A program made the position numbers and the translations under genes. The notes under the pieces are model-generated. The model saw nothing but the letters and a program-made list of their open reading frames with translations, had not been told where the DNA came from and did not search any database. A stretch of DNA of 64,000 bases from a virus. Of this stretch, positions 58,895 to 64,000 are shown one piece after another; position 1 is the stretch's first letter, and each line of letters opens with the position of its first letter. The stretch lies in the UHGV virus genome UHGV-1342921; one strand, written 5' to 3'.

Positions 58895-60634
58895 TTATGC
58901 AGGAGTAATCTCTCTTAATAAAGCAATTATTATACTAGAATTTAATGTGATGTTAATTTTATGCGCTCTCATTGCATCAACGTTTTTTCCTATGACCTGT
59001 TTAGAGCGTTGCCTTGCAAGAGTTGTAAGACTACCATTTCCAGACGAAGCTTGCACAAAACTGTTTTTGTTATTGGCTTCATATGTTCCAAAAGTAGTTC
59101 CTTTGCTTTGGTTCCTAGTCCTTAAACCCAAAATAGTAATAGGGTTCGACCTGGTATAAGTCTTATTATTTTTTAGGTTTACTAAAGAGTCCATACACCT
59201 TGTTAAAATGTCTTCCATAGAAATAAGTCTTCCACCAATAAGCATGAAGCTTGAATATGTTTGACCTACGATGGAAAGCCCACCTCTAATTCCAGTAAGC
59301 GCAGAAAGGGCGCTCATTGCAGAAAGTTGAGAGATAAGAACTTCAAGGTCTCTCTGTTTTTCTGCTCTTGAACTTGTTTTTTGCTTAATTGGGGCATCTT
59401 TTCTTTCCCCGTCTTCTGCCGGGATAGCAGAGAGGAGATTTAAAACTTTGAAAAAGTCAGAATCATTATACCCAATAAAGTTGGTAAGTAAAGCCAAAAG
59501 GTTGGTTGACAGAATTTTTATATTGCCAAGTTTTTTACCTTGTGGTAAAGTGCTGATGTTTTTGTACCCAGCGTAGTTCTTTACCGATATGCCAAATCTA
59601 ACTGTCACTCCATCACGGGTTGCTTTTACTGTGATATCAGATTTAGAAGTAGTATTGATTTCAGAATCTTTTAAGATGCTTTGTGTGGCACGCCTTTTTA
59701 GCTCCGGATCTTCTTTAAAAATTATAATTCCTGGATCCGATCCTGTAATACTGATTTCTCGATCCTTAAAATTGTTAAAAAACTCATCGTCGGCATTCGC
59801 AAAAGCCATTGCACCGACCAGCTCTTCTATGCTTCCTTTAAAACTCATTAAAGAGTTTATAATGGCAACTTCAGTTCCCCTTATATCATCTTTCCATTTC
59901 TTTTCAGAAGCACGCCCAGAAACATTTTTTGACGTCTGTTTTGCATATCTCTCTAGCTCTTTTATTTTTTTGTTTATTTCTTGAACTTGATCATAAAGGC
60001 CACCATACTTCTTCTTAAAACTTTCTAAATCAATTATCTGCCCTTCTTTGTAATTCGGGAAGAATAATTTTATTGCACTTTCTTGCTCTGAGGTTAAATT
60101 CTTTAATCCTTGGTTTATTGCTCCAACGACTAAATCGTATTGACATTTTGCAAACAGCCCGTTGTTCTTATCTAAATACTGCCAGCAAAGTTCTTTTAAC
60201 GCTGTAAGAAGTCCTTGCATGCTGGTCGCAGAATTTTCTACAAAAGTCCATAGATATCCTATGTTGTTTAAATCGCCTTGTTTGAGGACGCGAGCTTCAT
60301 TGCCGTCCATCGACCAATCTATACCATTCTCAAATGGCTTAAAGAAGTAACCTTCAGGAACGTTCCCTTCTCTATCGATAGCCTTAAATTCTTTTGCTAG
60401 TCTGTCAACCTCTTTTGGACTAACTTTTTTATCGTTTAAGCCTTGTGTGCTGTTTTTGGCTCTTTTTTTTCTAAAATCATTCAAATGAGACATGTAGATA
60501 TCGTTTAAATCCCTAGGTTGGAATTTATGTTTTATGTTATCATAATAGTAATATACATACCCATAATTAGTATATTCTTTACTCCCAGCAGGAGTATTCC
60601 CACTATTGTTTGAGCTAGAAGACTTTTTTGCCAT
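58895..60634 (-). CDS. Structural protein of unknown function (579 aa, Lys/Asn-rich)
   Basis: This is a tracked ORF with an RBS GGAGGAGGAAATG. Confidence 0.5.
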   Translation of the reverse strand: MAKKSSSSNNSGNTPAGSKEYTNYGYVYYYYDNIKHKFQPRDLNDIYMSHLNDFRKKRAKNSTQGLNDKKVSPKEVDRLAKEFKAIDREGNVPEGYFFKPFENGIDWSMDGNEARVLKQGDLNNIGYLWTFVENSATSMQGLLTALKELCWQYLDKNNGLFAKCQYDLVVGAINQGLKNLTSEQESAIKLFFPNYKEGQIIDLESFKKKYGGLYDQVQEINKKIKELERYAKQTSKNVSGRASEKKWKDDIRGTEVAIINSLMSFKGSIEELVGAMAFANADDEFFNNFKDREISITGSDPGIIIFKEDPELKRRATQSILKDSEINTTSKSDITVKATRDGVTVRFGISVKNYAGYKNISTLPQGKKLGNIKILSTNLLALLTNFIGYNDSDFFKVLNLLSAIPAEDGERKDAPIKQKTSSRAEKQRDLEVLISQLSAMSALSALTGIRGGLSIVGQTYSSFMLIGGRLISMEDILTRCMDSLVNLKNNKTYTRSNPITILGLRTRNQSKGTTFGTYEANNKNSFVQASSGNGSLTTLARQRSKQVIGKNVDAMRAHKINITLNSSIIIALLREITPA

Positions 60635-60714
60635 TTCCTCCTCCTTTCAATCAACAAACGAAAAAAGCCGCCCCACCCCAAAGTAGGGCAGAACGGCTTT
60701 TTAGAGGATGTTTC

Positions 60715-61254
60715 TTACTTAAAAACACACTTTGAAAAGTCAAAGGCGTAAGTGGAAACCTTGTCGTCAGAAGCTCCTGTAACCTTAACCTCAACAACGG
60801 GGTTAGTGGAGTCAACGGCGAAGAGCATGTCTCCATCGTCGCTGGTAAGAGCAGTTCCGGCAACGGACTTGTACGCATACTTCGTGCCACCAGTGAGAGT
60901 GACGGGGAAGTAGTAGCCAGTGGCCTCACCCTCGGGAAGAACCGTCTCGCTCTTACCGGTGAGCTTGTTCCACTTGGCAAGATAATCAGTTGTGTCACTG
61001 ACAGGATAGAGCATACCGAAGAAGTCAATATTCTTACGGGTAATCTCTGTCTTCAGGTTACGGCCATACTTGGCTTCCTTACCAGGAACAGCGCTCGTAA
61101 TCGCAGGATCGGCAGGGTTGCAAGTGTCGTCCTTCACGAGGCTATCCTTTGGAAGAACGTTCTCGTCACCCATGATCTGGATAGCGCAGAACACCTTCTT
61201 GGTACGGTCGAACTTGGTGTAATCCGGGAAAGCATCGAGCGTGAAAGTAAATGA
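60715..61254 (-). CDS. Major-tail-protein-like exon/gene (SFTFTLDAF...VFK). The ATG at 61255-61257 may be the intron's 3' terminal AUG.
   Basis: This is the tracked ORF 60715..61257. There is no SD upstream of its ATG, and the intron P9 hairpins abut the ATG directly. Confidence 0.55.
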   Translation of the reverse strand, partial: SFTFTLDAFPDYTKFDRTKKVFCAIQIMGDENVLPKDSLVKDDTCNPADPAITSAVPGKEAKYGRNLKTEITRKNIDFFGMLYPVSDTTDYLAKWNKLTGKSETVLPEGEATGYYFPVTLTGGTKYAYKSVAGTALTSDDGDMLFAVDSTNPVVEVKVTGASDDKVSTYAFDFSKCVFK

Positions 61255-62149
61255 CATTATTTTCGTATAGGTTCGTTACACCTATACCTCTTAAATAAGA
61301 GCTCATGTTTTCGCATGAGATAAGACTATATCTTCACCCTGTTACCAGGGGTCCCCCATTTCGAGCGCACTTGCGCTCTACTCCAATAAATGGATAGTCG
61401 TTGAGCCTTGACCTCTCCAAGTCTTTCCTTTTAGGATATATCCTATGTTAGATCGAGAACATCCAAACAAAGAAGCAATTTCTTGTAATTTTTTACCCTG
61501 CGAACGGAGAGTAAAAATTTCTTTAATATCATCTTCTTTTAACTTTGAATTTCCTATTTGCTCACCTCGGCAAAAATGTCTTAAACCATGTTCAGAAGCA
61601 TGTTCCATGTTTTGCTTTGGTGTCACCCATTCAAGGTTCTTTAAAGTGTTGTTTGTTTTGTCTCCGTCTATATGATTAACTTCATACAAACTAAAATCTC
61701 TAACAGGATAAAAACAAGCTAATACAAGCCGATGTACCAAAAACTTTTTTGTCTTTTTAGTCTTGGTTACTAGCACCTGCTCCATATAGCCTGTTTTTCT
61801 ATTTAAGAAAGGCTTTAAAAATTTTTGAGAATATTCAGAATAAATTTTTCCATCATCGGAAATGTGGTAAAAATCTTTTATTTCCGGGAAAATCGAACTG
61901 ATTTGTTTTTTCAAGAAAGGCCTTCTTCCTATAGTAAGTTTTCACTATATATAGGATACCCTTTCCCATAAAACTTATTCTCTAAAACGAGAGGTCCTTG
62001 GTTGCTGATTGCCCAATCCTTGTAATTTTCAAACCATCACGCTCGACGTTGCCGTCCACGTTGTGGTTTACAAGGCTATAAGGGTGTTCCAGCAGTTAAG
62101 GGGCTAATTTTTCAACGTATTACTACGCAGCCAAGCAATATTCTACTTT
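61255..62149 (-). ncRNA. Group I intron B (minus strand) carrying an HNH endonuclease ORF. Boundaries are proposed.
   Basis: Read on the minus strand, the proposed P1 pairs exon CCAAGU (62155-62150) with IGS GCUUGG (62136-62131). Then come P AACTGCTGGAACACCC (62101-62082), Q TGGGCAATCAGCAACCAAGG (62015-61996), R TCAACGACTATCC (about 61404-61392) and S GAAGATATAGTC (61335-61324). Three 3' hairpins follow (CTCATG-CGAAAA-CATGAG, CTCTT-ATTT-AAGAG and TATAGG-TGTAACGAA-CCTATA), ending ...AAUAAUG (omega-G at 61255). Confidence 0.7.
61378..61914 (-). CDS. Intron-encoded HNH homing endonuclease (NUMOD4/HNH_3 plus a C-terminal HTH)
   Basis: The HNH motif reads VNHIDGDKTNNTLKNLEWVTPKQNMEHA and the HTH is KKLQEIASLFGCSRSNIGYILKGKTW. 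There is a TTG start with an RBS GGAAGAAGG. The C-terminal ...GSTTIHLLE is encoded across the R element. Confidence 0.75.
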   Translation of the reverse strand: MKKQISSIFPEIKDFYHISDDGKIYSEYSQKFLKPFLNRKTGYMEQVLVTKTKKTKKFLVHRLVLACFYPVRDFSLYEVNHIDGDKTNNTLKNLEWVTPKQNMEHASEHGLRHFCRGEQIGNSKLKEDDIKEIFTLRSQGKKLQEIASLFGCSRSNIGYILKGKTWRGQGSTTIHLLE

Positions 62150-62847
62150 ACTTGGATCTCCGGAGTTAGCCATTGTGAAGGTGAAGTTGGACTGAATCTT
62201 GGCGTCAGGAATGACGAAGACGGCAGGCATATCCTTCTTGGTGTACTGATCGCGGAACAGAGTGGAGGCTTCGATGTAGAAGTCACCAGCGAAGTTCTCG
62301 GCGTCAATAGTTATCTGCCTGGCTCCGCTTGAACGCTGGCAGTAGCAATCAACGCGGAGTGTGCAACCGATGTACTGCTCGGCATCGACGAAAGTCAGCT
62401 CAAGATAAGAGTTGGCAGAAGAAGGAATGGTGAAAACATGTCCATCATCGGTATCACCAAGCACGCACTCACCGATATAATCCTTTGGATTCTGTGTTGT
62501 TGAGGTGTCATCCTTGCGAACCTCGCCGTTCTCGACAAGCTTGATGCCGTCGGTGGCAAGAGAAAGGAAGTAGACACCAGCACCGGCGTTGTCGAGAACC
62601 GTGCCGAAAATCTGGCCCTTGTTCTCGCTAAAGTAGATGTCATGGGCGTCCTGGGCTGTGTCGTAATCAAGGTGGACACAGGCAGTTCCTTCCTTCCTAC
62701 CCTTGACGATAGGAAGATCGAACTGGACGGGCTGGTAAATGTAAGTGCCAGTGGCGTTGCTGGCGTCGGTCACGTTGTTAAGACCAGCACCAGTAAGCAT
62801 GGCGAGAGAAACAGGCGAAATCAATGCGTCTTCAACAGTGAAGGTCA
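62123..62847 (-). CDS. Major-tail-protein-like exon/gene (MTFTVEDALISP...CLAA). The tracked N-terminal extension is intron sequence. The real 3' end may be the splice donor at 62150.
   Basis: The ATG at 62847-62845 is immediately preceded by intron A hairpins. Tandem TAG TAA stops lie at 62125-62120. A P1-like pairing suggests splicing after ...SGDPS (62150), in frame to SFTFTLDAF. Confidence 0.55.
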
Positions 62848-64000
62848 TTGTGCGTTCCCTATGTGTTGGAGCCAGGTCGCTACCCTGACCCTCCTGGTCA
62901 CTGCCGTGTTGCCAGGACTCCACCTTTATGTATACGTGGAGAGCAGACTATATCTTCACCCCGCTCAATGCAGGGGCCTCCCACTTCGAACGCGCTTGCG
63001 TCCTACTCCGACAGACGGATAGTCGTTGAACCTTCTCGATTACTTTTGAAATCTCTTAAAATTGTTCTCGGAATGAGTAACTTTTTGCAAATTGGCAAGT
63101 CGATTATCCGACGGATCGTTATTGATATGGTCAATAACGTAGCCGTCGTAATCATAATCTCCAGTGAAAGTGCTGTAAACAAGCCTATGAATGTAATACC
63201 TTGGGCCGTTCATCCCAAGTTTCACTCTACTATATCTTAAGTTATCATCCGTTCGAATCAATTTTCCAGATTTGGTATTTACAACTCGACCCATGTTGGA
63301 TACCTCGTAAATGGGCGCATCTTTAACCGGTAACCATTGCTCGCCAGGGAGGTTTTCAATGTGATATCGGTGACTTCTGTGAATGACCTTCGCATTCTTC
63401 AGATACTCGTCTGTGTTTTGCTTGAAAGTCGCCCACTCTAGATTCTCAACTCTGTTGTCAAGTTTATCGCCGTTCTTGTGATGGACGACCGGAAGGTTGT
63501 CAGGGTTTGGAAGAAAATATTCAGCGACAAGACGATGCGCATAAACCATCTTGCCCTTTTTTCCGGTAAGTTCGTTCATGAGTGCCAGACAATATGTCTG
63601 GTAGCCAACATTGTCAATCTTACCTGAAACCCAACGACCCTTATCTTCCTCGTACCGTCCTCCGTGACGGCCAGGCTTTTTTAAGCTCTTGACTCTGCCG
63701 TCGTTGTAAATCAAATAATCTGGATCTTCTTTTAGAGGTTTGTATTCGAGCTTGGATGCTGATTGTCCAGTCATAAATATCGCTCTCCTTTTTTTATACT
63801 GGTTTATATGTCCTAGGGACATTATACCCCAATAGATTTAAAAAGTCAAGAAATTTTATGCTTCTGGATTTTCCAGCAGTTCAGGAGGTATTTCTTATAA
63901 GCATTGGTTTGCTTATTGGAGGGTTCACGCGAATGCGAGTGTAAACCTTATAGGGAAGGTTTACCCCAGCCCTCCCATGCTATCAAGCGTGGGTTGCCCT
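62845..64000 (-). ncRNA. Group I intron A (minus strand) carrying an HNH endonuclease ORF. The 5' end is at or beyond the window edge.
   Basis: Read on the minus strand, the elements are P AACTGCTGGAAAATCC (63886-63867), Q TGGACAATCAGCATCCAAG (63769-63751, inside the HNH ORF), R GGTTCAACGACTATC (63032-63018) and S GAAGATATAGTC (62957-62946). The 3' hairpins are CTCCAC-GTATACATAAAG-GTGGAG and TCCTGG...CCAGGA, ending ...CACAAUG. The intron core is closely related to intron B. Confidence 0.65.
63040..63822 (-). CDS. Intron-encoded HNH homing endonuclease (two HNH_3-like halves)
   Basis: The two halves read VHHKNGDKLDNRVENLEWATFKQN and IDHINNDPSDNRLANLQKVTHSEN. The RBS is AAAAAGGAGAG. The ORF spans the Q element. 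Confidence 0.75.
   Translation of the reverse strand: MSLGHINQYKKRRAIFMTGQSASKLEYKPLKEDPDYLIYNDGRVKSLKKPGRHGGRYEEDKGRWVSGKIDNVGYQTYCLALMNELTGKKGKMVYAHRLVAEYFLPNPDNLPVVHHKNGDKLDNRVENLEWATFKQNTDEYLKNAKVIHRSHRYHIENLPGEQWLPVKDAPIYEVSNMGRVVNTKSGKLIRTDDNLRYSRVKLGMNGPRYYIHRLVYSTFTGDYDYDGYVIDHINNDPSDNRLANLQKVTHSENNFKRFQK

Noticed and set aside
62848-62923. N-terminal extension MESWQHGSDQEGQGSDLAPTHRER of the 62123..62923 ORF (GTG start)
   Set aside because: This stretch is the P9 hairpin region of intron A (CTCCAC...GTGGAG, TCCTGG...CCAGGA), open by chance. The coding sequence begins at ATG 62847 or continues from an upstream exon.
1-64000. CRISPR arrays or other short direct-repeat arrays
   Set aside because: No regularly spaced direct repeats were seen. 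The only recurrent short motifs are the intron core elements described above.

Overview
This window looks like part of a large tailed phage genome from a Gram-positive (Firmicutes-type) host, judging by AAGGAGG-style ribosome binding sites and sigma-A-like -35/-10 promoter boxes. The plus-strand half (1-13 kb) is a replication and nucleotide-metabolism module. It carries a DnaE-family DNA polymerase III alpha gene, a guanylate-kinase-like kinase, anaerobic ribonucleotide reductase genes nrdD and nrdG, a dUTPase, FolD, a RuvC-like resolvase and several small hypothetical proteins. The minus-strand half (13-64 kb) is a lysis, tail-fibre, baseplate and tail module. It carries a GH25 endolysin, a set of mosaic tail-fibre paralogs, an embedded holin with an XhlA-like partner, several giant tail proteins of 827-1957 aa, a tape-measure protein (TMP), tail chaperone-like genes and major-tail-protein-like exons.

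The most striking property is the density of self-splicing group I introns. The sequence supports five. They are recognised by their conserved P/Q/R/S ribozyme core elements and P9 hairpins. They sit in dnaE (ORF-less), in nrdD (GIY-YIG endonuclease), in the TMP gene (a zinc-ribbon/nuclease-type endonuclease) and as two paralogous HNH-encoding introns abutting the starts of tandem major-tail-protein-like exons. A further HNH endonuclease fragment lies at the window start.

The first 22 codons of dnaE lie in a different frame from the rest of the gene. The shift happens exactly at the heptamer CUU UGA C, the canonical prfB-type +1 recoding site, and a +1 shift restores the conserved PHP-domain sequence. 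This is either a T-homopolymer indel or programmed frameshifting.

No tRNA, CRISPR array or reverse transcriptase was seen. Intron splice boundaries are approximate. My manual coordinates can be off by about 1 nt in places relative to the supplied ORF track.
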